From contig NC_135810.1 of the NCBI RefSeq assembly GCF_964213995.1, forward strand, positions 1,922,001 through 1,986,000: DNA of 64,000 nt, written 5' to 3'. Origin of the DNA: Mustelus asterias (lineage: Eukaryota). Position 1 is the stretch's first letter, and each line of letters opens with the position of its first letter. Shown here in pieces: positions 1 through 15,587 of the stretch. The translations under genes were made by a program, and so were the position numbers. Under the pieces are notes generated by a model. That model had not been told where the DNA came from, ran no database searches, and saw nothing but the letters and a program-made list of their open reading frames with translations.

Positions 1-400
1 AGATTTGGAAGGTGCTGTCGGAGGAGTTTTGGTGAGTTACTGCAGTGCATTTTGTAGTTGGTACACACGGCTGCCACTGTGTCGGCAGTGAAGGGAGTGA
101 ATGTTTAAAGGGGTGGATGGAGTGCCAATTAAGCAGGCTTGGTCCTGGATGGTGTAAAGCTTCTTGGGTTTTGTTGGCGCTGCACTCATCCAGAGAAATT
201 GAGAAAAATCCATTGCACTCCTGACCTGAGCTTTGTAGATGGTGGACAAGCTTTGGGGAGTCAGGAGGTGAGTTACTCACAACAGAATTCCCTGCCTCTA
301 ACCTGCTCTTGGAGCCACGGTATTTATATGGCTAGTCCAGTTCAGTTTCTGGTCAATGGTAACCCCCAGGATGAGGGTCGGTGCGTTACCATTACTTTGC
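1..400 (-). mobile_element. CR1-group LINE (family B) RT C-terminal relic
   Basis: [20 protein letters not shown] and STIYKAQVRSAM similarity to the 51060-52525 copy. Confidence 0.85.
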
Positions 401-465
401 AACATTTTCTTAAACACATTTGCAAGCACGCCGTGTTTTGTTTTTGAAGATAACTCTAAACTAAC

Positions 466-628
466 CTCAGGGAAATCTCTCAGAACTTCAGACATCTCAT
501 TGCCACGCTCCCCACATCCAACGTAGATGATCACATCACTGTTGGAGTACTTGGAGAGTGATTGAGAAATCACAGTCTTCCCACACCCAAAGGCACCTGG
601 GATAGCAGTGGTTCCACCTTGCACGCAC
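466..628 (-). CDS. ATP6V1A: V-type proton ATPase catalytic subunit A, exon 7 (Walker A/P-loop); gene continues beyond left edge
   Basis: Translates (P)[54 protein letters not shown]; ag acceptor and GAG|gttag donor; 163 nt, phase consistent with exon 6. Confidence 0.97.
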
Positions 629-1680
629 CTTCAAGAACAAAACAAACAAAAAAAACACAATGAATCTACTATAATCTGACTCTCCTGTCAACATAGACAG
701 AAATTTATTCCTTCCCATCATTAATCCCCAGGTTAAGCAAACTATTCAGGATTTATAGAAGCGGATGGAACAATGTAACGCATTGTTTAAGGCCCATTAG
801 TTCTGTCAAGCTGCTCTCTCTGCAATTTGCTCCAGTAGGTCATCACCAGATTATAATGTATTGGAAAAAGAGCAAAAGCCTTAACAAAAGAGACCACCTC
901 CTAACATACATGATTCCTACATTCAAACCTATTGCCACCTGGAGTCCTCATTTTAACTTCACGAAAGGTCTGAAGGGACAGTGCTCATGAGTGAAAGCCA
1001 CTCTTCAAATGGAGGATGAGGTGGGTGAGGGGGCAAGAGGAATGGCTTAAGTGCAGACACCAGTTGTATTACCTGCACCAATCCCATACATTATCGGGGT
1101 CCACAGTATTTCCTGCAGGAGGTAAAACCCATGTAGCTCTGGGTCAGACAGTTCGGAAATCTTCAAATTCAAACCTTAACCTTTGGTGCCAACCCAAATG
1201 TAATGTTTTTGTCTCTCTCTCTCTTGTGGAATTCCATCCCCCTTGGCCCAGTAGCTATCTTAGCATTGAATCAGAGAATAGAACAGCATTAAAAGAGGCC
1301 ATTCGCCCATCCTGTCTGTGTTGGTTACCTGAGGTGAGTAACTTAGCGAGTCCAGTTGAGGTCAGAATGGTGTTTTATAAAGGTTCATCATACCTTCCTT
1401 GCTTTTTTATTCTACGCCTCTATATTATTTATATATAAACCACAATCCCGCCTGCCTTTTGAAGCACTTCCTCAACTTGCCCTGCCACCTTCAATGATTT
1501 GTGCACATATCTTACAAGGGACAAAATGGTCCCTGAAATCAGCCTCAGTGCCTGACCGGGATTTAAGGGAACACTGCATTGTATACCATCTGATATAGGG
1601 CATGAAGAGGCTGCAGGTGAGAAATCCAAACATCTGGGTTTGGACTTTCTAACAAATCAAACTAAAGTGTATTTGACTCA

Positions 1681-1944
<264 letters not shown>

Positions 1945-2679
1945 CTAAATGAACTCAAGAGATTTGAAATCTAATTCAATTACCAAGACACCCTCTGACC
2001 ACATTAAACATTCATCCCCCCAACTACTGGCACACAGTGACCGCAGTGTGTACCATACAGACAATGCACTGCAGCAACGCACCAACGCTCCTTCAACAGC
2101 ATCTTCCAAACCTGTAACCACAACCACCTCAAAGGACAAGGGCAGCAAGTGCATGAGAACACCACCAGCTGCGTGTTCCTCTCCGAGTCACACACATCCT
2201 GACTTGGAACCATTTCTTCATGTCCCTGGGACAAAATCCTGAAAATCCCTCCCGAACAGAACGGCGGGTGTACCTACACCCTGTGGACTGTAGAAGATAG
2301 CGCTCCAATATTTTAAGGGCAATCAGAGATGGGTAATAAATGCTGGCCTTGCCAGTGATGCCTAATCCCACAAACAGCTAGAACAAAGAAAATTTAGTTT
2401 TGGATTTTGAAATGGCTAACATGCTGTTAAAATCTCCTTCAGTTCTACATCATCCCTTTCCTCGTTCAATATCTCCACGCCTCTGATTTTGGGCTCTTGT
2501 GCACCTCCTCCCTCACGGCCAGGCCTCAGTCACTCAGGTCCCATGCTCTGGAATTTTCTACCCAAGTTTCTCCGCCTCTCCAGAACCTGTAAGATTCTAC
2601 TTAAAACCTTTTGGTTCCTTTAATAGTATTTTAGACTTGTTGTTTTTACCTTTGCATAACACCGTGGGATTTCAAGAGT

Positions 2680-3107
2680 TCATAAGATACGGCCAAATTC
2701 TGCGTCTATTCGGCCCATCGAGTCCGCTCTGCCATTCGATCATGGCTGATATGCTCCTCATCCCCATTTTCCTGCCTTCTCCCCATAACTCTTCAACCCA
2801 TTCCCAATTAAAAATCTGTAACTCCTCCTTAAATTCACTCACTGTCCCAACATCCACCGCACTTTGGGGTGGCGAATTCCATAGATTCACAACCCTTTGG
2901 GAGAAGTAGTTTCTCCTCAACTCTGTTTTAAATTTGCTGCCCCTTATCCTCAGACTATGACCTCTCGTCCTAGAATTCCCCACAAGAGGAAGCATCCGCT
3001 CCACGTCTACTTTATCCATACCTTTTATCATCTTGAATACCTCAATTTGATTTCCCCTCATTCTTCTGAATTCCAGAGAGTATCGGCCTAAATTGTTCAA
3101 TCTCTCC
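2680..3107 (-). mobile_element. CR1/HER1-like LINE 3' fragment
   Basis: YSLEFRRMRG..IEVFK..TRGHSL..FSQRVVNLWNS motif typical of the CR1 ORF2 C-terminus. Confidence 0.9.
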
Positions 3108-3435
3108 ATTTATTTTTTTAAGGTTAGATGCAAATAGTCATTCCAATTCCTTCTTGTGTTGCAGTCTGGCTGGCCAGGCCAGCTTTATTGCCAATCCCTA
3201 ATTGGCCCAAGACAATGGAGTGATTGAAGTAAAGTTTATTTATTAGTCACAAGTAGGCTTACATTAACACTGCAATGAAGTTACTGTGAAATTCCCTCGG
3301 CCATGTCATAGTTCATTCAGCAAAGTACAAGTGAGATCTGTACACCATTCTGTCTTGTGAAACATATCTGCAACTGATAAATCCTTGAACACATTTGGTT
3401 CAGATTTGAAATGAATGTAATCTTCAGATACTTAC

Positions 3436-3573
3436 AGAAACATCATAGTTTCCCGATGGGGCGACATACGTGACCGTTCCCCTGCTTTTTGGAGGAAGCA
3501 TAATCTTGTGCTTAATAAGAGAATTCTCAAACACAAAACCATATATATCGCCGCCAGTGATGTGACTGCCAAC
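3436..3573 (-). CDS. ATP6V1A: ATP6V1A exon 5
   Basis: Not in the ORF track; manual translation [46 protein letters not shown]; tttcag acceptor, gtaag donor; 138 nt. Confidence 0.96.
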
Positions 3574-3971
3574 CTGAAAATATACAATTCACAGCTCAAT
3601 GACCAAACCATTTATAAAATAATGAACTAATAAATTCCAGCTTCCACTATTACTTATCACTTAGAAAACTACACATGCAAGTTCTTGTTACCATTGTATA
3701 CAGTCATTAACTGTAGACAGAAGAGTTGATCCAAAATGATGAGAAGTCAATCGCCATGTAGCAGGCACACATGAACAAACTGAATTTACTGACCAAAAGA
3801 TGGTATCACAATTATCAACTCGATTTTCATTACCCCGCCCCAATTACCATGCTGGTTCCATTTGCTGGAACAGCCTTTCTTAGCTGCTTCCTTCCTGTTC
3901 TCAATGCCTCAGCCAGAGGTTCCGTGCCACTTCAGCCCCACTTGCACTGTCAAACTAATTTAATTTCAAAG

Positions 3972-4372
3972 CAAAGTTAATTTATTAGTCACAAGTAGGT
4001 TTATATTAACACTGCAATGAAGTTACTGTGAAAATCTCCTAGTCGCCACGCTCCGGCACCTGTTCGGGTACACTGAGGGAGAATTTAGAATCATCGAATC
4101 CCTACAGTGCAGAAGGAGGCCATTCGGCCCATCGAGTCTGCACCGACCACAATCCCACCCAGGCCCTATTCCCATAACCTCTCATTTTACCCTGCTAATC
4201 TCCCTGAAACTAGGGTCAATTTAGCATGGCCAACCTAACCCGCACATCTTTGGACTGTGGGAGGAAACCCACGCAGACACGAGGAGAATGCGCAAACTCC
4301 ACACAGACAGTGACCCAAGCCAGGAATCGAACCCGGGTCCTTGGTGCTGTGAGGCAGCAGTGTCAACCACTG
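3972..4372 (-). mobile_element. HE1/V-SINE with two different 3' tails in tandem
   Basis: tRNA-like head and V-domain (~4215-4372), HER1-type tail (~4089-4215), second tail (3972-4088) matching that of the SINE at 22351-22657. Confidence 0.8.
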
Positions 4373-6353
4373 GGTTCACTGGTGGGGGTTGGAACAGAGA
4401 ACATAGAATATTACAGCGCAGTACAGGCCCTCGATGTTGCGCCGACCAGTGGTACCAATCTAAAGCCCCTCTAATCTACACTATTCCAATATCATCCATA
4501 TGTTTATCCAATAACCACTTGAACGCTCTCAACGTTGACGAGTCCACCACTGCTGCAGGCTGGGCATTCCACGCCCATACTACTCTCTGAGGGGGACAGA
4601 AGTTTAGTTTAACAAAACTGTAGGTGGCTGGCATAAATGTAGCCCCTTTTCTGCAAGCAGTATTCCATCTCTACCTGCACATGTTCCACGAGTGGCAGAT
4701 GGGAAGCAACGAGACAAATATTTTTAAACGCCAAGCCATATTTCAGTTTCAGGGTGTCGGCGCCCGTGGGGATATCCAGTGCTACTGATTTAGAGAGACT
4801 GAACCAGCCAAATTCTACTTTAACTGAACATGGAAGGTAGCTGGGGTCTGGCTCACAGCAGTCACAGGCAGGAAGCTCAGGCCTGCTCCAGGACTGTAGC
4901 AGACACCCCGCCCCCAAGCAGCATCATCCCACACTACCCCACCAACCAGTAGTGCAGGCCCATGGCATCCCACTTCATACATTACATTTGCAGCTTACCA
5001 ACTGACTCTTGGATATGTGGCTCTGTGCCCATCTCGCTATCTCAGAGTTGTGTGAATTATAGTTTCAAACCATCAACTGAACACTCGAGTTAACTGCAGG
5101 CTATTTATTTTGAAAACAAATTTAAATTCCACCTCAAACAACTTCTAATATTCTCTCTCTAGATTTACTTTCAACAAACAGATAGACTATTTCACACCAT
5201 TACTATCAAAAACCATTGTTCAGCTTGCTTAAAAGCTCCCACGGGGAGATTGGACAAACAGCACATGCTCAGTCTGTGGGGCAAAAGCAAAATACTGCAA
5301 ATGCTGAAATAAGATGACAAAATGTTGGAAATACACAGCCGGTCTGGCAGCAGGATGAAAGGTTACAGACCTGGAACATTAACTATTCCTCTCTCCATAA
5401 ATGCTGCCAAATCTGTTCAGACTGTGGAAACTGCCTTCAGGTTACAGGCACCGCTCTGCATAAAAGAGAAATCTAATGCAGGCCCTGGTTTTAAGGATTG
5501 GCTGAGAGTTTCACGCAAACTTTATTGGAAGAATTACAAGATGCAAAAGCTGTTGATACCTTTAGCTACGTTATCATAGAGCACTAGAGGTTGCCAGTCC
5601 CATGAAGCTTACTTCAAAATGATTACTGTTTTCAAGGAAGGAAATGTTGGGAGACAACAAATCACTCAAGATGTTGTCCAATTGTATTTTATTATCTTAC
5701 TCAAATGTGCCAGTTTGACAGAAGGTGGGTGCAAGAACGATTTCAGGACACAAGAACTTAATCTAGGCTGATACTTTGGGGCAGTACTGAGGGAGCACTA
5801 CATTATCAAAAGACAACCTCTTCAGCACAGGATGATAGATCAGCGCCCTGCCTGCTCGGGTGAGAGTTATTGGGAGCAGGGAGAACTCATGGTGCCTGGC
5901 TAACAATTCCTCTCTCCAGCAACACCATCACAAAGTAACTGCTCATTCCTCTAATGGGAGGGGAACCAAGATGAGCTGAATTGGCTCTCTCAACAGTGAG
6001 ACAGACAGACAGACAAAGGGGAAGGGACTGAAGAGGTGACTAAGCATGATTAGAATGATATGCTTGAGCCCAGGGTATATGTAGAGACAGACTGGTTGGA
6101 CTGAGTGGCCTGTTCTATCTTAATGTCGACACATTTCACATCAAAAAGTAATCCATTAGCTGAAACACACTTTGTAGATACGTGGGAAATTCAAGTCATT
6201 TATTTCTTAGTTACGGAGGACGATATTGAATCATAACAACTGAACGCATGGTTTAGAATTCATCGCAATGTTGGTAACAATTAAGCTAGTCATTTAGGAA
6301 GAGGCAGCCCATCTGAGAGAATTGAGTTAAACTGATTTAATGAAAGTTCTTAC

Positions 6354-6568
6354 CCGCATATTCTTGGAAGGAGTAAATTCCCACTTCAAGTCTTTACTCA
6401 GAGCATTCACATTGACACCACGGGGGATGTAAATACTCTGCGTAAGATCATTGATGTCCTTCAGAGGTCGCTGGATCCCATCAAAAATGGCTCCCATGAT
6501 GCCAGGTCCCAGCTCCACCGAAAGGGGTTTTCCTGTACGAAGCACTGGATCACCGACAGATACGCCAG
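6354..6568 (-). CDS. ATP6V1A: ATP6V1A exon 4
   Basis: (S)[71 protein letters not shown]; taatag acceptor, CGG|gtaaga donor; 215 nt. Confidence 0.96.
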
Positions 6569-7549
<981 letters not shown>

Positions 7550-7804
7550 TTAGAGAAACAGCAAACAGGTTAGTGCATCATCGGAAGTAAACTTTAAAAA
7601 AAACTTTGTATTTGCAAGAAAAATTACCCATTTAAATCTGAATGGATAAGGTTTCTGGATGGCAATTTACTGTAGATAAGGAACTGAATAATTTACATCT
7701 GATTTGCAAGGATCTGGAGAAACTTTTAGAAGAAAATAGACTTTAAAAGTTAGATTCTCGACCTTGAAATAAGAGGAAGGTGAGGAATCCAGCGAGTACA
7801 GACA

Positions 7805-8710
7805 ATAAGACATAGGAGCAGAAGTAAGACATTCAGCCCATTGAGTCTTCTCTGCTATTCAATAAGATCACGACTGATTTGAGGTGATAATCCTCAACTC
7901 CACTCTCCCACTTTACCCCCATCCCCCTCGATTCCCTTACAGATCAGAAGTCTGTCTCAGCCTTGAACATACTTAATGACCCAGCCTCTACAGCCCTCTG
8001 TGGTAAAGAATTCCACAGATTCACCACCCTCAAAGAAGAAATTCCTCTTCATCTCTGTCTCAAATGGAAAACTCCTTACTCTGAGATTATCCCCTCTGGT
8101 CCTAGACCCTCCACAAGGGGAAACAACCTCTTAGCATCGACCCTGTCAAGCCCCCTGAGAATCCTATCTGTCCCAATAAGGTTGCCTCTCATTTTTCTAA
8201 ACTCCAATGAGTACAGGCCCAACCTACTCAACCTCTCCTCATAAGATAATCCTTCCACACCAAGATCAACCTAGTGAACCTTCTCTGGACTGCCTCCAAT
8301 TCCAGTATATCTATCCTTAGATAAGTGGACCCAAATTGTTCACAGTATCCCAGGTGTGGTCTTGTATAGTTTGAGCAAGAATTCCCTATTTTTATTCTCC
8401 ATTCCCTTTGAAACGAAGGCCAACTTCCATTTGCCTTCCCTATTACCTGTTGAACTTGTAGGATAGGTTTTTGTGATTTATGCACAAGGACTCCAAATCC
8501 CTCTGTGCTGCGGCTTTCTGCAGTCTTTCTCCCTTTAAATAATACTCAGCTCCTTTATTCTTCCTACTAAAATGCATAACTTCACATTTTCCCACATTAT
8601 ATTCCATCTGCCATTCTTTTGCCTACTCAACCTGTCTGTGTCCCTCTGTAGACTGTATCATCCTCATCACTTGCATTCCCACCTATGCGTCATCTGCAAA
8701 CTTGGCAATT
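7805..8710 (-). mobile_element. CR1/HER1-like LINE 3' fragment
   Basis: RPHLGYC..LEAVQRRFTRLI..LSYEERLSRLGLYSLEFRKMRG with frameshifts. Confidence 0.9.
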
Positions 8711-8937
8711 GCAACATGGTACCTCAGTCAGACTCTGCATATTAATCCCCAGTAAATAAATCCCCATGCCTCCTCACAATCAAACGGTATGATTTCCATG
8801 CAGCATCAATATCTCAGTAGATCACTGAACACTTGTGGCAGACATAAAGGAGCATGCATTTTACACAGTAACCAGGTTATACATCCCGCTACACCAACCC
8901 GGTTGTTTAGCAGCTGACAAATGGATAAAATGCTCAC

Positions 8938-9019
8938 CAGGACCAGAGACACCGTGGACATAACCAACCATAGTCTCATGGTCCTCATCGCGTATCTTGG
9001 GAAGTTTGCTGAAATCCAT
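8938..9019 (-). CDS. ATP6V1A: ATP6V1A exon 2 coding part (start codon; exon begins at 9029)
   Basis: Manual translation [27 protein letters not shown]; cttttcag acceptor 10 nt upstream of the ATG (context aagATGG); G|gtgagc donor. Confidence 0.96.
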
Positions 9020-12000
9020 CTTGATCAATCTGAAAAGATTTCAAAGCAGATCAGATATAAATAGAAAAATTGGGGACATCTAGAAGACTTGTAAATTTCA
9101 GGCTTGAAGTCTTCCCTTAAGGAACTACATAAATACATCTGTGCATCTGTCTGTTCGAAGCTAGTTAACTTTAAAATATATTCTGTGCACTGCCAAACAG
9201 TGTAGTTAAATAGTGAAATATTAATCCGGAGGTCACAAAGCCATGTGTGGATCCATGGCACTTCACATTGAAGAACAGAATTTAAATGTGCCCAATATAA
9301 AAACACACAAGTCCAATGGAAAGTCCATTCCCAATGGAAAGTTACTTAATAACAATATTCATGATGGATTTGGGTGCTGAATATTTATAAACGTTAAAAT
9401 CAAACACACAAGTTTTCAGCACGTCTATATAATTATATTATATGACGTTTTCTGAAACCAAAGTTAGTTTGAACATGAGTTCTTATATACTTTTACAGAT
9501 ATATTAATTAATGAGACAATTTATACTATGCTGGTTTCTGGAAAGAAGCCAGCATCTGATAAAGGAAGACCAAGCTGAATGAAAATCTTGAAGTAGTAAC
9601 TTTGAGGTGACTCTATAGACACAGACAGGAATAACAGTAGCAGGCATCTTGAACAGGTCAATGATGTGGTTAATTGGAAACGCCTTTGCTATGGTTTGTG
9701 CAATGCAATCAACATTTTTGTGGAGTGAAAATCTTTTAATCGAGATTTATTTGTAATATCAAAAATTGCCATTTTTAAATCTTCATCTCACTGAACAGCA
9801 AGACATTCAACAATGTTATAGCAGAGGAATAAAAACCACATGTACAGCTCCTGTAATGTAGAATTGTTGAAGATTTAACCAGAGAGAGCAATCGGGACAA
9901 TGGAGAGAAGAATTAAGAGGGATCGAAAACAGATGCACTGAGACCAGCATTGCAATTGGACAGAATGCTGGAGTGCAGTGGGAGGGGGTTTGGAAAGCGG
10001 CAGAGTGGGAGACAATCTGGGGTCAGAGGAACTGATGTATTTTCTCGACATGCAGCACAGGCTAGACATGGTTGGAAAAGACCTTGCAGATAGTGACGCG
10101 AGGCTGTAGATATATGTTTGAAAATAAAGGTAGGGGCTCTGTTGTTTAAATGCTGATTTGCACATTCACCTTTCAAAGCAGCCATTATTGTATTCTCTTC
10201 ATGGTGAATACAGTCGATTACACTGGACTGGTAAAACTTTTAAATTAGTTTCATTATTGCTGCAAAACCAGGAGGTTCTGCTTTCTACTACCTACAATAG
10301 TAACAGAAGTGCTGTAAACTTAACTTAAACAAATGCTTCAATAATGGCACCAACTTAATAATACAATGTCTCAAAACCTGGATACTGATTTTACATTTTC
10401 CCCTCATTTATCTGATGCTCCAAAAGTTTGTGATTTGGAATAAACCTGATGTCGTGTGACCTCTCATTTTATTAATGGGGCCTGTGGTGACAGCCCCTCG
10501 GCTTTGCACTCGTCACCAAGACCCAACAGGCAGTTCTTGTATCCCACTACAAGAGTAAATCAGCACATCACTCTGCCTTCACCTACTCATCGCGACACTC
10601 ATGCTTGTTAGGCACAGTATAGCCACTATCAATCGCCTATAATCTGCCCATTGCAAACTGGAGCAAGGTGTGATGCAGCCGAGGTATTCCTGGGCATTAG
10701 CCAATGTTTGGGCACATAAGCAGAGCCTTGCTTTGCCCAGCCGGTGATGGAGAGCTGCTCGAACAATCCCAGAATGCCAGTCTCAAACTGGTAACCTCAA
10801 TCAATGAGTTATGATGGGACTGAAATCTAAATATGTGGAATTTTTTCTTGAAATTGCTAAAGGAATCAACAGAAGTAGAGATTAAATTTAGACAATTAAA
10901 AGGCAAGAAATATTTTGTGTAAACTTAAGTCAGAAGTGAAGAAGATGGCGGATTGATGGAACAAACTCAAAGGCTTGAACAGCTTACTCCTGTGCTAATA
11001 AAAACTTTACCAATCCTTTTATAAAGCTAAATGTTATAGAATACATATATAATTGCAAAGCAAAAACTTCAGCCTATCTTTATTAATCCTGTTTTGAAGT
11101 ACTAAAATATTTAAGGTACTGCACATTTACCATTACTGCAACTGAACTGACCTAGATACAATAGCCTGGGGTTTCTTCCATATATATGCACAAATACAAA
11201 ACAACAGGACACTAATCACATGGCTTAGAAAACAGGGAATTGCAAGCTCGAGTTGGTATGTAACTACAATACGTCCGAGTCTCCCTGAAAGTTTCCATCA
11301 GTCAATCAAATCTCTTGTCTGAATCATCATTTAGTGATGGATTTAGCTCTCCATCAACTAAAACAGCCACTACTCCCTGACACACATGTGAGCATCCTCC
11401 AACAGCCTGGCCTTGAACTATAGTCTCCCAATACTTTGACTGGATTTATTGTCACGTGTATTAGTATACATTGAAAAGTATTGTTTCTTGCACGCTATGC
11501 AGACAAAGCATACTGTACATAGAGAAAGAAAGGAGGGTGCAGAATGTAGAGTTACAGTAATAGCTAGGGTGGAGTGAAAGATCAACTTAATGCGATGTAG
11601 GTCTGTTCAAAAGTCTGATCGCAGCAGGGAAGAAGCTGATCTTGAGTTGGTTGATGTGACCTCAGACTTTTGTATCATTTTCCTGACAGAAAACTTGTGA
11701 CCACATTTTCAGATGCAGCACGAAACAGTAATTTCTCTGGTCCTTTCTTAGCAGACATCACAAAGAATTGTGCTGCATTATCTGTTTCTTTTATTGCACT
11801 TTTGTAGAAAAATGTAAGTCACATTAAAAACTGAACCCTGTTAAAGGTTCCTACACATACCTGATGTATGTTGAATGCTGGTTAAATAAGCTGAAAAACT
11901 TTCAGGATTCAAGGAGGAAACATACTGATGGAGATTCAGCATTCCTCTGGCCCCATTATTTCAGCTGGTATATGCTAATTTAAATCCATCATCACTGTGG

Positions 12001-15000
12001 GCACATGCTAATGAGGTTGCAATGATGTTTGGGCATTTTTCCACTTGGATGCAATGTCAGATGCAATTTCCAGGTTGCACCCATGGAGAATGCTCCAGGA
12101 CAATTTGTTTAAGAGCACAATGATAGAGCTCCCCAGATAGGTTGGCTGATTATGGTTGTGAGTAGCCAAGCCTCAAAGACAGGGAAGGTCTCAGGATCGA
12201 TTCCTGATCCGTGATGCTAGCTTCACCTTAGTTGGAACTGCAGGTGTGCAACATCAGAAGTTAAAGGAGAATCATAAACAGCACAGGCTCTTATTTCTGA
12301 ATGCTATCCAATGATTCCACTAGATGCGCACATATGGATTCTGGGCAATGACAGGAACGATTCAGCTGTAACACCAGTCAAATAGAACACCAATTTTCAC
12401 TTTAAGCTCACGTCAAGAACCGCCAAATGGGTGACCCTCTGCAGGACTCCAAAACCAATGTCTATCCCATTCCAGAAAGGAAAATTTACAAGAACAACGT
12501 GATCATTTGTTTCTGAAATCTAGGAACACATTTATTTCCCCACCTCTAAATGTCCTAAAGGTGATACGAGATGGTCTTGAATTGTTTTAATTGGGTAGCA
12601 TGCAAAGGCAATTCAGAGGGCATTGAGGCTGCCATGTGGTATGGGATTGGGTTTGTACAACAATCCAGGAACACTCATTTTTCTTTTCTGGTACCTAGCC
12701 AACAAATTATTTCAATTTAAATTTGCAACCTTCTATAGTTTGATTTGAATTCACATCTTGGCAGCCATTCCAGTGCACTCACTAGTACATTGTACCAGCC
12801 ATTAATAACTTCAGGATGAGCAATGAAGAAAGTGAGCAGAAAAACAAAAAGAAATCCACAACAGCCCCATAAAATTCCATCCACATGTCGATTACAGCAT
12901 CCTATTGAGCAGGCAGCTCCTATAGCTTGAAGACATCAGCAGGAGGTGGAAATCTCAAGGAGAAAAAAGTAATATCTCCCTGCTACTGGGCAGGAATGCA
13001 TATTTTCACCTGATGTACTGTTGTGGTATTTAACAAGTCTGCTATAGCTGGCCAGCCAAGAACCTAAACTAGCCAACGCACAGCTACTGAATCAGTGCAA
13101 ATGAGATCATCTCAACTTAAATCCAATCCAAAATATTATTTTGTAGGTTAAATGTCTTTGTTTTGCTCAAAGATTTAGCACCCCACATTACTGAATGCAC
13201 ATTCATAATATGCATTGAGAGCTACTGTTCACATGCAGCAGAAGTCTAGATCCTTGAGTTAGCAGCAATATACCAGCAAATTTAATATTGGTTAGAAATC
13301 ATAATTGGCATCACATTCCAGTGTGATTGCAGGCACACAACATTTCAATGTTCTGAGACCTCAGAACAGCAATTTAATTCAAAATATATTAACTCACACC
13401 AGATTACATTCATGACACGCGTCACACTAAACAGCAGAGCACCAAGAATTCTATTCAGAAAGATCCCGTCAATTTGTACAGTTAATCAATGAACAGCTTT
13501 TGCACCCAAGACACTGGTGACATTACTCATTTCCCATTATACCAGAGGACCACTGAACACTCAGCCACAGGCCCTGTGTGTTTCTCAAAGTTTTCATTTC
13601 AAGTCCCAATCTGGACTGGGGTCTACAAATTAATACCTCACTTTCATACTCACATGTGAAGTCTTAAGATTTAATTAACACTCCAGTATGTATCTTTTCT
13701 GGGAGATTCCGGAAATTGATTAACAGCTTAAAAAGCCCACTCCCTCCACAGCAGAAAATAACTTTTTGAATTGAACTCAAGACTTTCACTGCTCGGCAAG
13801 CTAAATAAATTACTAATTAGGCAAAGTGTCTATGATTAATTAACATCATTTCAAAATAGTTTGAATCAGAGCTTTTAGCATAAAGAGAAAGCAGAATGTG
13901 CAGGAGATCCAATGATTTACGTACCTAAAGTTTAGGGCCAGATGTACTTTTGTACAATATAGCCAAAGTTGGACTTGTATTATACATAGGATATTAGCAA
14001 ATGATACCTGGTATGCACACTATTTAATCCTCCTAGTTTGAGTAATTTTACACAAATTTTCATTGAACATTGACTGCAGGCACATTTTTAAAATGATTTT
14101 GTGCAAAAATACTGGGGTTTTCATTTTAAAATTAAACTATGCTAATTGGTCCCTAAATAAAGATGAATATTCCAGACCTTGCTTACTTTGGATGGTTCAG
14201 ATCGTGGTTAAGTACCATGATTGTGGACGAGATTCTGATTTTGCTTACTATTTCGTTCAATTTTCTTTGTCCTTCATTTTTGAATTAATACCAAGCTTGC
14301 TGCAGGCTTTGTGGAGGCTACTGTATGACTAAACTATAACTGCTTCAGCAGTTTTACAGGCAGTTAGTCACAGACACTTGCGTCCAATCCAAGAGTCCCC
14401 AAAACTGACATTTCTCTCTTTCTTCCTCCAGTCTGCAAACATCACCCCAACATCTGACATTTTGGAAAAGGTTCAATATCCAGCATGTCCATTTCTATAA
14501 GGTACAGTTAAAAGTTTAATAAAGAGATGCTTCCACAATTTGAGCAAAATATAATTACATCTACATTTGTACACCATCCTTCTTAATCACTTTTTCCAAG
14601 AGGAAATTAAATTCTTAAGGAAAGTTAAAATTCTCTGAAAGAATGCTAACAAAAGATTTTAGTGCAAATTATTAGTGCATTCTTTCAAGCATAATACCAT
14701 CGAGGGCATTTTACCTTGCTTCCTCACTGTCAGCATTCAAAAATCTCCTAAAAATCTTATTTTCATTACAGCCTTTGACTATCCTTCACCCGTCTGCTTG
14801 CTTGACATCCCTATTATTCCGCTTTAAATATTTAGGATTTTTAAACACTTGTGGAGCCAGGCAAATTTTTAAATTGTGAATTCTCTATTCTATGTTGGGT
14901 GATCAGTTTTAAAGCTCAATTTCACAATAAGTCACAAGTGCAGATCATACAACAAAAAGCATCAGAAAAAAATCAATCACCAATACACATTTGTACACCC

Positions 15001-15587
15001 AAACCAATTCATATATCGATATTATGTAGAAACCGGGATTATACATTGCTAAAAATAACATATCAAAGAAACTGTATATTAACTACTGAAAATTTTATAC
15101 AGATTTCAATATCAGCAGTGCTTTGCACATCTACAATGAGGGGCCATTTTAGCTTAGAATGCCTGTTTAAAAGTTCTCTCCAGTGGGGAGGTGCATTCAC
15201 ATTTCCATGAATTGCAGAACCACTGTTTCACTTCCCACTACTGGTACAAGTCACTACTCAACTCCTCCATCTCACCCTCCCGACACTTCTTGGATGATTG
15301 ATGCAGTTATGCAATAGAGCAGATCTTCAGCTAATTCACTTACTAACTACAGCAAGATATGTCACCACGGGCAAGAAATAGAAATTAATTGTTTTGTGCT
15401 TGGGGGAGGGGATGTGGTGGAACTATCAGCAGAAAGGGGCTGGGGAGATGTAAATGAGTGGGATAAATGGAGAGAGGGAGAGAGAATATTGTTTGAAGAT
15501 GGGGCAAAAACAGCTGAAAATCTGGCAAGGGTAAAGCAGGGAAGCAAGCTGCAGACATATGGGGGAGCAGAGCATTGACTTGGTGGT

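Noticed and set aside
466-628. Possible VMA1-type intein in V-ATPase A
   Set aside because: The insertion site [12 protein letters not shown] is contiguous and uninterrupted.
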